Below, piece by piece: positions 46,415 through 55,879 of a DNA stretch of 64,000 nucleotides (position 1 is the stretch's first letter; every line of letters starts with the position of its first letter). A model generated the notes under the pieces. It was not told the origin of the DNA. It ran no database searches and saw only the letters and a list, made by a program, of their open reading frames with translations. The DNA comes from Candidatus Paceibacter sp. (GTDB lineage: Bacteria > Patescibacteriota > Minisyncoccia > UBA9983). Position numbers and translations under genes: made by a program. Location: NCBI GenBank assembly GCA_013360865.1, contig JABWAS010000005.1, forward strand, positions 507-64,506, written 5' to 3'.

Positions 46415-46798
46415 ATGGAAATACCATCAAAATTTAAAGACATCGTGGAGAAAATAGAATCAATGAGTGTTATGGATTTGTCCGAGCTCGTTAAATTATT
46501 GGAAGAAAAATTCGGCGTTTCCGCCCAGGCTGTCGCCATGATGGCGCCCGTCGCCGGAGGAGCGGCTGCCGGAGGAGCCGAGGAGAAGTCCTCGTTCAAC
46601 ATTGAGCTCAAGGAAGCCGGAGCGCAGAAAATCCAGGTCATCAAGGTTCTAAGAGAAGCTCTCGGTTTGGGCTTGAAGGAAGCCAAAGACTTCACGGATA
46701 AGACTCCGGTCGTGGTCAAGGAAGGCGTGGACAAGAAAGCCGCCGACGAACTCAAAGCCAAACTGGAGGCCGCCGGAGCCGTTGTTAACTTAAAATAA
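46415..46798 (+). CDS. rplL: 50S ribosomal protein L7/L12
   Basis: Ala-rich hinge plus [22 protein letters not shown]...[12 protein letters not shown]-terminal domain. Confidence 0.9.
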   Translation: MEIPSKFKDIVEKIESMSVMDLSELVKLLEEKFGVSAQAVAMMAPVAGGAAAGGAEEKSSFNIELKEAGAQKIQVIKVLREALGLGLKEAKDFTDKTPVVVKEGVDKKAADELKAKLEAAGAVVNLK

Positions 46799-46817
46799 CG
46801 GTGCTAGAATAAGCGCG

Positions 46818-47405
46818 ATGAACGGTGTTCTGGAAAAACTTTTAGGCTCGGCTTCCCGGGTAAAAATCATCCGCCTGTTTCTGGCCAATCCGGAAGGATT
46901 CTTCACGCTGGAAGACGTCTCCCGTCGCGCGAAAGTGGCCATGCCGCTGACGCGTCGGGAGATTTCTCTTTTTAAGTCAATAGACCTGATAAAACAAAGA
47001 GAGGAAACGGTGGAGGAAACGATTAAACTCAAAAGCGGAGAAACCAAAACCAAGAAAAAGAAAGTGGTGGGCTATTCGCTCAACGCCGCTTTCCCGTTCC
47101 TCCATCCGCTGAAAAATCTTTTCGCCAACGTGGCGCCGGTGGACAAAGAAAAAGTCGTCAAAGAGCTCGGTTCCGTCGGCAAAATCAAACTGGTAATTTT
47201 TTCCGGCGTGTTCATCCAGTCCGACGGCAGCCGGGTTGATTTGCTTTTGGTCGGCGACGCCATCAGAGAAACGAAACTGGATAAAGTGTTGAAAAACATT
47301 GAGGCCGAGATCGGGCGGGAGATAACTTACACCGTGTTTAAAACGGAAGACTTTTTGTACCGCCTCGGAATGTACGAAAAAGCTTTGAACAAGATAAATG
47401 TGTAA
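46818..47405 (+). CDS. hypothetical protein with N-terminal winged-HTH
   Basis: SRVKIIRLFLANPEGFFTLEDVSRRAKV resembles ArsR/MarR-type wHTH; 195 aa. Confidence 0.4.
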   Translation: MNGVLEKLLGSASRVKIIRLFLANPEGFFTLEDVSRRAKVAMPLTRREISLFKSIDLIKQREETVEETIKLKSGETKTKKKKVVGYSLNAAFPFLHPLKNLFANVAPVDKEKVVKELGSVGKIKLVIFSGVFIQSDGSRVDLLLVGDAIRETKLDKVLKNIEAEIGREITYTVFKTEDFLYRLGMYEKALNKINV

Positions 47406-47412
47406 TTTTGAC

Positions 47413-47484
47413 GGACGATTAGCTCAATGGTAGAGCGCTACATTCACACTGTAGAGGCTAGAGGTTCGATCCCTCTATCGTCCA
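47413..47484 (+). tRNA. tRNA-Val (anticodon CAC)
   Basis: Acceptor GGACGAT/ATCGTCC, D-arm AGCTCAATGGTAGAGC, anticodon stem CTACA/TGTAG with loop TTCACAC, T-loop GGTTCGATCC. Confidence 0.65.
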
Positions 47485-47644
47485 CTTATCGAAGCAAAGG
47501 CCGTAGGCTTGCCCCGTACTTCCGCCGCAGGCGGATAGTAAGGGGTTCAATCCCTACATCGCGCACTAAAATCTTACTTTTGAGCCAGTAAAGAAAATTG
47601 CGGACGTGCTTGGCGTGGCGTTTGATGATTTAATTAAGTAAATT

Positions 47645-48745
47645 ATGGCAAATAAAAATCTTACAAACGCAAAACGGGCAAAGAACGACGAGTTTTATAC
47701 CCAATACGGCGATATTCAGAAAGAGATTGCGGCGTATCTGGAATACAACCCCGATGTGTTTCGGGGCAAAGTGGTGTATTGCAACTGCGACGATCCGTTT
47801 GAAAGCAATTTTTTTCGCTATTTTGTCCTCAATTTCAATAAGATTGGATTAAAACAGCTTATCACCACCAGCTACAAACCTTCGCCCGTAGCCAACACGC
47901 AACTGGGATTATTTGGCGACGACAAAACTCTCACGAAAGCAAAAGGACGCCCCAAAATAACGGCCAACAAATTTATTATCAACGAAGCGCGCGACATAAA
48001 CGGCGACGGCGAGTTTAACTTGAAGGATATTGCCCAACAGTTAAAGGCAAACAAACATAATGAATGGGCGCCACTGGAAGGCGACGGCGATTTCCGCAGC
48101 GATGAATGCATAAATCTGCTCAAACAATCTGACATTGTGATAACAAATCCGCCATTTTCTCTGTTTCGCGAATATGTTAAGCAGCTTTTTGATTATGATA
48201 AAAAATTTTTGATTATTGGCAATATGAATGCAATTACATATAAAGAGGTTTTCCCAAAAATTAAAGAAAACAAGATGTGGCTTGGGGCAACGAATTTTAA
48301 TACCGGCATGTATTTTCAAGTTTCTAATGATTTCGTTTATGCTGATACATATAAATTTGAACGTGAACAAAATGGCGTAAAAGTAAATCGCGTTCCTGGT
48401 GTTTGTTGGTTTACCAACCTAGACCATGGGCGCCGTCATCAACCATTGCCGCTTATGACAATGGAAGAAAATTTAAAATACAGCAAACACAAAGAAATCA
48501 AAGGCAAAAAGGCGTATGATAAATATGACAACTACGATGCCATAGAAGTGCCGTTCACCGACTCCATCCCGAGTGATTATAACGGCGTAATAGGCGTGCC
48601 GATTAGTTTTTTGGATAAATATAATCCTGACCAGTTTGAAATTGTTAAATTTAGACACGGAAGCGATGACAAGGATTTAAGATTAAAAAATGGAACATGC
48701 CCGTATTTTAGAATTTTGATTAAACATAAGAGAGTGGGGAAGTAA
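47645..48745 (+). CDS. N6-adenine DNA methyltransferase, EcoRI-methylase-like family
   Basis: Catalytic motif IV VITNPPFSLF; N-terminal KNDEFYTQYGDIQKE segment characteristic of EcoRI-family (gamma-class) adenine methyltransferases. Confidence 0.65.
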   Translation: MANKNLTNAKRAKNDEFYTQYGDIQKEIAAYLEYNPDVFRGKVVYCNCDDPFESNFFRYFVLNFNKIGLKQLITTSYKPSPVANTQLGLFGDDKTLTKAKGRPKITANKFIINEARDINGDGEFNLKDIAQQLKANKHNEWAPLEGDGDFRSDECINLLKQSDIVITNPPFSLFREYVKQLFDYDKKFLIIGNMNAITYKEVFPKIKENKMWLGATNFNTGMYFQVSNDFVYADTYKFEREQNGVKVNRVPGVCWFTNLDHGRRHQPLPLMTMEENLKYSKHKEIKGKKAYDKYDNYDAIEVPFTDSIPSDYNGVIGVPISFLDKYNPDQFEIVKFRHGSDDKDLRLKNGTCPYFRILIKHKRVGK

Positions 48746-48788
48746 TATGAAAGTAGCAGATAAAAACAAAAATGAAAGAAGGGTTTAT

Positions 48789-49373
48789 ATGAAAAAAATA
48801 GCAAATAAGCAACTTGCCAATTTATTGGGTGCTTCTGAGGATGTGAAGCGCGCTACTGTTATTTTTAAGAGCCTGAAAAATAATGAATTTACAACAGGAA
48901 CGACCAAAAAAGATAATTGGCTAAGAGAAATTCTTTTGACATTTATTGTTATCAAGCTGTATACACTTTTTGATAGTCATAATAACGCATTGAGTTTAGA
49001 AAAATTTTTGAAACACAATGCTTGCCATGTTACAAATAGTGAAAATATAAAGGATATTAGGGGTAGATTAGACAATATAAAAAAGTGCAATCAATTACTT
49101 ATTACACAGATTGAAAATAATAGGCACGAAAAAGGACATATTCCCCAAAAATCGGAACTTGGTGTAACAAAAGAGGTTGCAGATAAAATAAGAGAGTTTG
49201 GAAAAATGACTGGGAATGAGGAATACAAGAACCAGAAATCAGTTACTGATGAATATATGAGATTTTCTGTTGGAAACTTTCCGGCAGATAAAGCTAGTAA
49301 ATTGGCAGAGGAATTACAAAAATTAATAATGGGTATTGGGTATCCAAAGACATTAGAAAGTCGTAATTCTTAA
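48789..49373 (+). CDS. hypothetical protein with HEPN-like Rx4H motif (Abi-like)
   Basis: NNRHEKGH contains R-x4-H; all-helical. Start chosen at the internal Met of tracked ORF 48747-49373; sits directly after the methyltransferase gene. Confidence 0.35.
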   Translation: MKKIANKQLANLLGASEDVKRATVIFKSLKNNEFTTGTTKKDNWLREILLTFIVIKLYTLFDSHNNALSLEKFLKHNACHVTNSENIKDIRGRLDNIKKCNQLLITQIENNRHEKGHIPQKSELGVTKEVADKIREFGKMTGNEEYKNQKSVTDEYMRFSVGNFPADKASKLAEELQKLIMGIGYPKTLESRNS

Positions 49374-49690
49374 CGCAAAACTTTATGAAACAATCCCATG
49401 CCCAACCAAGACAAAAACAACTAAATTATTATTTATAACACTGTAGACGGCGAATGTTTAGTTGCCGTTGCTCTTGCAAAAGTCAACTAAATGGCATAAA
49501 ACGTTGACATTGGCATTATAGATATAAACAAACTGAAAACGTAAATATTGCTTGTTTTAACCCAAGATTTACGTTTTTCTGTGCAGTGATACATCTTGTT
49601 TTATTTATTGATACATATTACAATTTGATTGTAGTCGAAAAGCTCTTAAATTCAGCCCTTTTTGCTGTTTGAATGATACATGTTTAAAAA

Positions 49691-50842
49691 ATGAATGATA
49701 CATACAAAAAACTTGAATTGGTAACTCCCGATTTTGATTCAAGGCTGGCAAGTTTGATTATTGAATTGGAAAGAATGAGGGAGAAAAAACTCGGTGGAAC
49801 AACAGAGGCATCCACCTTTTTTCAATTGAAAAAAATCTTTCATATCTTTGAAAGCGTTGGTTCGGCGCGGATAGAGGGGAATAATACGACCGTTGCCGAA
49901 TACATAGAAATTACGATTGAAGACGGCAATAAAGAAAAAGATGAAAACATCGTGGAAATTGAAAATTCCGAAAGGGCGATGGATTTTATAGACAATGCCT
50001 TGATTAGTCGTCATAAAAAGATAGACCGCGCTTTTATAAGCGATATACACAAAATCGTAACCAAAGATCTTTCGGCATCAAAAGAGGGGAGCAAGACGCC
50101 GGGCGATTATAGAAAAGTTCCAGTTGTGATTAAAAATTCAAAACATAAGCCGGCAGATTACATAAAAGTTCCCGATTTAATGGAAGAATTAATTGATTTT
50201 ATAAACGTGGAAAATGAACCAAAGTATGATTTGTTAAAAACAGCTATCGCTCATCATCGTTTTGCGTGGATACACCCTTTTGATAACGGGAACGGAAGGT
50301 CTGTCCGACTTTTTACTTACGCAATGCTGGTAAATTATGGTTTTAACGTTGAGGTTGGAAGAATTATAAATCCAACCGCGGTTTTTTGTATTGATAGAAA
50401 TAAGTATTATGACGCGCTTGCGAAAGCGGATGATTTTTCAAAAGAAGGGCTGTTGTCTTGGTGCGAATATTTTTTGTCCGGATTGAAACGAGAAATTGAA
50501 AAGATATACAAGTTGGCGGATTATCAGTTTTTGAAAACCAAGATATTGTTACCCGCTCTGGATATGTCTTTAAATAGAAAAGTTATTAATGATGAAGAAT
50601 ATAAAATTCTGAAAGTTGCCGTTGAAAAACAAGTTTTCCAGTTCTCAGATATTTCCCCTGTTTTCGCTGACATGCCGAGAGTAACATTGTCTAGAAAAAT
50701 ATCAGCATTAAAAAAGAAAGAGATGATAATGCCCCAAGGGAAAAGTTCCATTAAATATGTTTTATGTTTTGGCAATAAATATTTAAGAAGGGACGTTGTA
50801 GAGATGTTGGATAAGAACGGGTTTCTTCCTGCTAATACATAA
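49691..50842 (+). CDS. Fic/DOC family protein (AMPylator-type)
   Basis: Canonical Fic motif [12 protein letters not shown]; 383 aa with C-terminal wHTH-like region. Confidence 0.85.
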   Translation: MNDTYKKLELVTPDFDSRLASLIIELERMREKKLGGTTEASTFFQLKKIFHIFESVGSARIEGNNTTVAEYIEITIEDGNKEKDENIVEIENSERAMDFIDNALISRHKKIDRAFISDIHKIVTKDLSASKEGSKTPGDYRKVPVVIKNSKHKPADYIKVPDLMEELIDFINVENEPKYDLLKTAIAHHRFAWIHPFDNGNGRSVRLFTYAMLVNYGFNVEVGRIINPTAVFCIDRNKYYDALAKADDFSKEGLLSWCEYFLSGLKREIEKIYKLADYQFLKTKILLPALDMSLNRKVINDEEYKILKVAVEKQVFQFSDISPVFADMPRVTLSRKISALKKKEMIMPQGKSSIKYVLCFGNKYLRRDVVEMLDKNGFLPANT

Positions 50843-50847
50843 ACACC

Positions 50848-52017
50848 ATGAAAACAACTCTAAAAACTAACATTACCGTCAAAGATATTTGCGAAGGGTT
50901 CGTCTATAACGAACTTGAGGGCAAAGGTTTATTTGGCTTATCTGGCAAGTTGACCATTCAGCCGGAATATCAACGCAATTATATCTACGCTTCCGACGGC
51001 GGTAAAAGAGAAATGGCCGTCATTGAATCAGTTTTGAAAGGATATCCAATTGGCTTGATTTATTTCAATAAAGTTAGCGAATATAATTTGGAGGTTTTGG
51101 ACGGACAGCAACGCATCACCAGCCTCGGACGTTTTATTACCGACAAATTTGCCATCAAAGACGAAAACGGCATGGAGCAATATTTTGGCGGCATGGCGAA
51201 AGACAAGAAAGTGAAAATTTTGGAAACTAAACTGCTCATTTATGAATGCGAGGGGACGGAAAGCCAGATAAAGGAGTGGTTTAAAACGATTAACATTGCC
51301 GGAGTTCCGCTCGTTCCTCAAGAATTGTTAAACGCAATCTATTCCGGACCGTTCGTTACGCTGGGCAAAGAGGAGTTCAGTAACAGCCAAAATGCCAATA
51401 TTCAAAAATGGAGCGCGTACATAAAAGGCAGCGCGAACCGACAGGCATTTTTTGAGAGAGCCTTAGACTGGGTAAGCAAAGGAAATATTGATGATTACAT
51501 GAGTATTCATCGCTATGACAAAAATATCAATGAGTTAAAAAAATATTTCAACAGCGTGATTGATTGGATCTCCAGTGTATTTACCGATGTAGAAAGCGAG
51601 ATGTGCGGGCTTGAGTGGGGACGGCTGCATGAGGAATATCACAAAAAAGCTTATAATCCGGCAAAAGTATCCGTTGAATTAAAAAAGCTTTATGCTGATC
51701 CTTATGTTAAAAACCGCAAAGGCATTTTTGAGTATATTCTCGGCGGCTCTGTTGATACAAAATTGATTGAAGTCCGAGTCTTTGATGAGGCAATTAAAAA
51801 GTCGGTTTACGCAACACAAACAGCTAAAGCAGAGAAAAAAGGCGAATCAAACTGTCCGCATTGCGCCATGGGGCATGACGCCAACAAGAGTAAAGTTTGG
51901 AGTTTTGGCGAAATGGACGCCGATCATGTGTCGGCTTGGAGTAAGGGCGGTAAAAGCGATATTAAGAATTGCCAAATGTTGTGCAAGACACATAATCGGG
52001 CGAAAGGTAATAGGTAA
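50848..52017 (+). CDS. DUF262 (ParB-like DGQQR) plus C-terminal HNH fusion: GmrSD-family type IV restriction endonuclease-like
   Basis: DGQQRITSL motif in the N-terminal half; C-terminal HNH (CPHC...[10 protein letters not shown]...[15 protein letters not shown]). Confidence 0.7.
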   Translation: MKTTLKTNITVKDICEGFVYNELEGKGLFGLSGKLTIQPEYQRNYIYASDGGKREMAVIESVLKGYPIGLIYFNKVSEYNLEVLDGQQRITSLGRFITDKFAIKDENGMEQYFGGMAKDKKVKILETKLLIYECEGTESQIKEWFKTINIAGVPLVPQELLNAIYSGPFVTLGKEEFSNSQNANIQKWSAYIKGSANRQAFFERALDWVSKGNIDDYMSIHRYDKNINELKKYFNSVIDWISSVFTDVESEMCGLEWGRLHEEYHKKAYNPAKVSVELKKLYADPYVKNRKGIFEYILGGSVDTKLIEVRVFDEAIKKSVYATQTAKAEKKGESNCPHCAMGHDANKSKVWSFGEMDADHVSAWSKGGKSDIKNCQMLCKTHNRAKGNR

Positions 52018-52091
52018 ACAATATGGCTGAACCAAATCGGGGAAATAAAGAAAAAAAGAACGAGTTGCGGTCTCGTTCTTTTTTGAGCTAT

Positions 52092-52271
52092 TTATTCCTT
52101 CTGTTGTATGGTTAAGCCAAGTTTGATGGCTATTGCCCTAATAGCATTTTCGGTCCTACCAAGTTTGAATCCGACTACTCGTGTTGGTGTATTTTGACGA
52201 ACCAGCTGTTTTAGTTGTGATACGTCTTTTTGTTGCCATGACTTGCCGGTATTGCGAGTATAATAAGGCAT
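52092..52271 (-). CDS. small (59 aa) HTH-like protein (below ORF-track threshold)
   Basis: Hand translation of the minus strand: MPYYTRNTGKSWQQKDVSQLKQLVRQNTPTRVVGFKLGRTENAIRAIAIKLGLTIQQKE, ATG to TAA; helix-turn-helix-like segment. Confidence 0.3.
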   Translation of the reverse strand: MPYYTRNTGKSWQQKDVSQLKQLVRQNTPTRVVGFKLGRTENAIRAIAIKLGLTIQQKE

Positions 52272-52511
52272 TTGTTTGAACTGTTAATACCCTTGTTTGT
52301 TAAATGACCTAAATCTGATAAGATAAAAGTGTTGAGTTTTTACTTCGAGTTTTAGCCGAAATGCCCCAAAGGGCTAAAAAAGACATTTCTGATTGGTGGG
52401 GGTGTCATTGCCGCAAACAATGACTGCTCCTTATTTTATTTTAGTCCTTTTATCTTTCTTGTCAAACTTATTCACATCTCTATTGACAAATAATTTTACA
52501 GGGATTAGTCT

Positions 52512-53303
52512 ATGAATGACAATATGCTTGGTAAATTTATTTTAGAACAGCGTAAAAAACACAACCTAACGCAGGATTTTTTGGCGTCTAAGATTGGCGT
52601 TTCCCGTCCGACCTACATTCAAATAGAACAAGGCGAGCGGGACTTAACTATCACTGAAGCAAGAAAATTGGCGGATATTTTTGGTATTGTTTTTGACGAT
52701 TTTGTTCAAGGAAAAGATACTTCTGCCATAGTAGAAGTTAAAAAGAGTGTCAAAAAAATAAAAGAAGAAAAGCAAGAAATGAGAATAAGCGTTCCGCAAA
52801 AAAATCTGGAAAAATTTAAGGAAGTTCTGCTTTATGTCTTATCAAAAGTCGGCGGCAAGCCGAATGTCGGCGAAGCGGTGGTTTATAAATTGCTTTATTT
52901 TATTGATTTTGATTTTTATGAAAAATTTGAAGAACAGCTTGTCGGCGCGACATATATTAAAAATCACTATGGACCTACGCCGGTTGAGTTCAAAACTATC
53001 GTTGATGACATGATTAAAAATGGCGAGATCGTCAAAGTAGAGGGAAAATATTTTAATTATCCACAAAGAAAATATTTGCCAATTCGCGAACCCGATTTAA
53101 CGAAATTAAAGGACGCGCGCGAGTTGCGCCATATTGATGAAGTAATAGCAAGACTGGGCGATAAAAATGCCACAGAATTAAGCGAATACTCTCACGAGGA
53201 CACTCCCTGGATTATCGCGAAAGAAAACCAGCCGCTTGATTACGAGGCCGTATTTTACCGCACCCCAAAAACTTCCGTGAGAAATTATGACGTTCAAGAT
53301 TAA
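52512..53303 (+). CDS. HTH-XRE plus Panacea/DUF4065 (SocA-like) domain protein, putative antitoxin
   Basis: N-terminal Cro/C1 HTH (LTQDFLASKIGVSRPTYIQIEQGER). C-terminal domain with KLLYFIDFDFY...HYGPTPVEF matches the Panacea/DUF4065 fold. Confidence 0.6.
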   Translation: MNDNMLGKFILEQRKKHNLTQDFLASKIGVSRPTYIQIEQGERDLTITEARKLADIFGIVFDDFVQGKDTSAIVEVKKSVKKIKEEKQEMRISVPQKNLEKFKEVLLYVLSKVGGKPNVGEAVVYKLLYFIDFDFYEKFEEQLVGATYIKNHYGPTPVEFKTIVDDMIKNGEIVKVEGKYFNYPQRKYLPIREPDLTKLKDARELRHIDEVIARLGDKNATELSEYSHEDTPWIIAKENQPLDYEAVFYRTPKTSVRNYDVQD

Positions 53304-53661
53304 TTATGGCGAAACGCCGGAATTTCAAAAAGATTTCAAAAGATTACTCAAAAAATTCAAATCGCTTGAGGACGATTTAGAGTTAGCAAAAGTCGCGGTG
53401 ATTGAGCTTTTTCATGTTCAGAAAGTAAATAATTTAAGCACTTTTCCGATTCAGGGTTTTTGCACGGAAAAGATACAAGTTTGTAAAATTAAAAAATTCG
53501 CTTGCAAAGCGTTGAAAGGGCGAGGTTCAAAAAGCGGAATAAGGGTTATTTATGCTTTTCATTGCGAAAACTGCACAGTTGATTTTATTGAGATATATTT
53601 TAAGGGTGAGAAAGAAAATGAAGATAGGGACAGAATTAAGGAATATTTAAAAAATTTTTGA
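53287..53661 (+). CDS. RelE/ParE-superfamily toxin-like protein
   Basis: 124 aa; GSKSGIRVIYAF...VDFIEIYFKGEKENEDRDRI resembles RelE/HigB/YafQ-type toxins; overlaps the upstream gene by 17 nt. Confidence 0.5.
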   Translation: MTFKINYGETPEFQKDFKRLLKKFKSLEDDLELAKVAVIELFHVQKVNNLSTFPIQGFCTEKIQVCKIKKFACKALKGRGSKSGIRVIYAFHCENCTVDFIEIYFKGEKENEDRDRIKEYLKNF

Positions 53662-53663
53662 GG

Positions 53664-53691
53664 TTGAAATCGCAACTCAAGGAGGTATAAT
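53664..53691 (+). promoter_or_regulatory. near-consensus sigma70 promoter (TTGAAA-17-TATAAT) driving an ORF-free region
   Basis: Seen directly; no ORF of at least 60 aa between 53692 and 54003. Confidence 0.5.
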
Positions 53692-53697
53692 ATAAGT

Positions 53698-54003
53698 GGT
53701 CATTGGGGTAAACTTCCTAGATTGAGTTACTTCAATCGGGAGCCTTATATCCGGTTATGGCCTCGCGCCATGACTATGCGGGCACCCACCTAGCTTACGC
53801 TGGGAGAGTTTACTCCCGGTGGCCATCGTCCGAATGAGCCTAAAAGATTCATGATTTGTTTAAAGCGGGATGCCCGGTAGTACAAAATATGATGGTTTTT
53901 GCTGGGCAGACCGATGTTGCTAGTTTAAAAGTAAAATGATTGTTTGATTGTTATTAGGTTATTTAACCAAAAACGATAAGCAATCATATTTTGTACTACC
54001 GGG
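53698..54003 (+). ncRNA. candidate structured non-coding RNA (unclassified)
   Basis: GC-rich ORF-free stretch with nested complementary segments (ATGGCC...GGCCAT; GGGAGAGTTTACTCCC). A 22-bp long-range inverted repeat at 53873-53895 / 53982-54004. GGGGTAAAC and CCCACC words. Confidence 0.3.
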
Positions 54004-54426
54004 ATGATTTTCGGGAAAAATTTTTCCAAAATATTAGTCGTTTTTCTGGTTTTGTTTTTTATCGGCCAAATGGTCGCCACTTTTTATTCCGTTTACTGGA
54101 GGTGGCCGTGGTTTGATAATCTGATGCATTTTCTGGGCGGGGCGTTTATCGCCATGGCCATGATTTGGTGGTCATCCAAAAGAATTCCGCTTAATTTTTT
54201 GCCGCCGGTTTACACCGCCATCGTTATTTTGGGCTTTGTGGCGCTTGTCGGCGTTGTTTGGGAATTTTACGAATTAGCCGTGGACCGCCTGATAACGAAA
54301 AACAATTACATCCAGCTTTTGGAACAGGGCGGCTTGCTGGACACGCTCAAGGATTTGCTGGTGGATTTGCTGGGCGGTCTGACAATATCGCTGAAATTTT
54401 TATATGAAAGAAAAAAAAGACAATAA
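54004..54426 (+). CDS. hypothetical membrane protein
   Basis: 140 aa, four hydrophobic segments. Confidence 0.45.
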   Translation: MIFGKNFSKILVVFLVLFFIGQMVATFYSVYWRWPWFDNLMHFLGGAFIAMAMIWWSSKRIPLNFLPPVYTAIVILGFVALVGVVWEFYELAVDRLITKNNYIQLLEQGGLLDTLKDLLVDLLGGLTISLKFLYERKKRQ

Positions 54427-55813
54427 GCGTAAAGTAAAAATAAGTTTCTTCGGCGGAACGGGGGAGGTGACCGGTTCAAATTACGTGGTGGAATCGGTTT
54501 CCGGTCCGGGCGGCTCCAAAATAGCCGTTGACTGCGGTCTGTTCCAGGGGACGAAAATCGGGGAGGAAAGGAATAACGAGCCGTTTCCTTACGAGCCGCA
54601 ATCGCTGAACGCGCTTATCGTCACTCACGCCCACTTGGACCACATCGGCAGAATTCCCAAACTGGTCAGAGACGGATTTAAAGGCGAGATATATTCCACC
54701 GCGCCCACCAGGGACTTTGCCAGGCTGATGCTGGTAGACAGCATCGGAGTTTTAAGCAAGGAGGCCAAACATAACGGCAAAAACAGCCTTATTTACACCG
54801 AAGCGGACGTGGAAAACGCGATGGCTTTATGGAAAACGAAAAATTACGGGGAAGATTTCGCGGTCGGAGAATTTTCCATCAAACTCAAAGACGCCGGACA
54901 TATCCTGGGTTCGGCTTTCGTGGAAATTTCCGGCGCAGGAAACCCTGAATCTAAAAAAATAATTTTCAGCGGCGATTTGGGCAATTCTCCCGAACCGCTG
55001 CTTAACCCGACGGAAGAAGCCAAAAACGCGGCCTACATGGTGGTGGAAAGCACTTACGGAGACAGACTGCACGAAGATTCCTCGGAGGCCGACATCAAGC
55101 TGGAAAGAATGATTGAGGAGACGGTGAAGAACAACGGCGTTCTGATGATCCCCGCTTTTTCTCTGGAGAGAACGCAAAGACTGCTTTACCAGATGAATAA
55201 TTTAGTGGAAAACGGCCGGGTGCCGAAGCTTTCCATTTTTCTGGACAGCCCGCTTTCAATCGGCGCCACCGGAGTTTACAAAAATCACGTCAATTTTTAC
55301 AGCGGCGAAGCGAAGAATGAAATTTTAAAAGGCGACGACTTGTTCAACTTTCCCGGCCTTAAAATGACCTTGTCCACCGAGGAATCAAAAAACATTTCCG
55401 GCGTTCCGGCGCCGAAAGTGATTATCGCCGGAGCGGGCATGTGCAACGGCGGCAGGATTCTGCATCACCTTAAAAATTATCTGCCCCATAAAAACAACTT
55501 TTTGCTGCTGGTGAGCTATCAGGCCGCCGGGTCTTTGGGCAGGATGCTGCAGGACGGGGCGAGACTGGTAAAAATTATGGGCGAGGAAGTGCCGGTGGAA
55601 GCCAGTGTGGAGAAAATCGGCGGTTATTCTTCCCACGCCGACGCCAACGGCCTCTTGGATTTCGTCGGCAAGTCGGTTGACACGCTCAAGAAAGTTTTTG
55701 TGGCCCACGGCGAGCCTAAATCAAGCCTTTTTCTGACCCAGCGGATAAGAGATTACCTGGGAGTGGACGCTGTTGCTCCGCAGATTGGAGAATCTTTCAC
55801 GGTTGAGATATAA
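54404..55813 (+). CDS. metallo-beta-lactamase/beta-CASP ribonuclease (RNase J-like)
   Basis: HAHLDHIGRIP motif 2, beta-CASP motifs, C-terminal HADANGLLDF; 469 aa. Confidence 0.75.
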   Translation: MKEKKDNKRKVKISFFGGTGEVTGSNYVVESVSGPGGSKIAVDCGLFQGTKIGEERNNEPFPYEPQSLNALIVTHAHLDHIGRIPKLVRDGFKGEIYSTAPTRDFARLMLVDSIGVLSKEAKHNGKNSLIYTEADVENAMALWKTKNYGEDFAVGEFSIKLKDAGHILGSAFVEISGAGNPESKKIIFSGDLGNSPEPLLNPTEEAKNAAYMVVESTYGDRLHEDSSEADIKLERMIEETVKNNGVLMIPAFSLERTQRLLYQMNNLVENGRVPKLSIFLDSPLSIGATGVYKNHVNFYSGEAKNEILKGDDLFNFPGLKMTLSTEESKNISGVPAPKVIIAGAGMCNGGRILHHLKNYLPHKNNFLLLVSYQAAGSLGRMLQDGARLVKIMGEEVPVEASVEKIGGYSSHADANGLLDFVGKSVDTLKKVFVAHGEPKSSLFLTQRIRDYLGVDAVAPQIGESFTVEI

Positions 55814-55879
55814 TAAAGAAATTCAAAAATCAAAATTAAGGAAAAAAGAGTTAAAAACACTAATTAAATTTTAATTTTT

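Noticed and set aside
53698-54003. Assigning the ORF-free structured region to RNase P RNA, SRP RNA, tmRNA, 6S or a TPP/cobalamin riboswitch
   Set aside because: None of the diagnostic consensus blocks (P4 helix strands, GGAAGCAGC SRP loop, tmRNA tRNA-like ends, CUGAGA/B12-box) could be found by eye; left unclassified.
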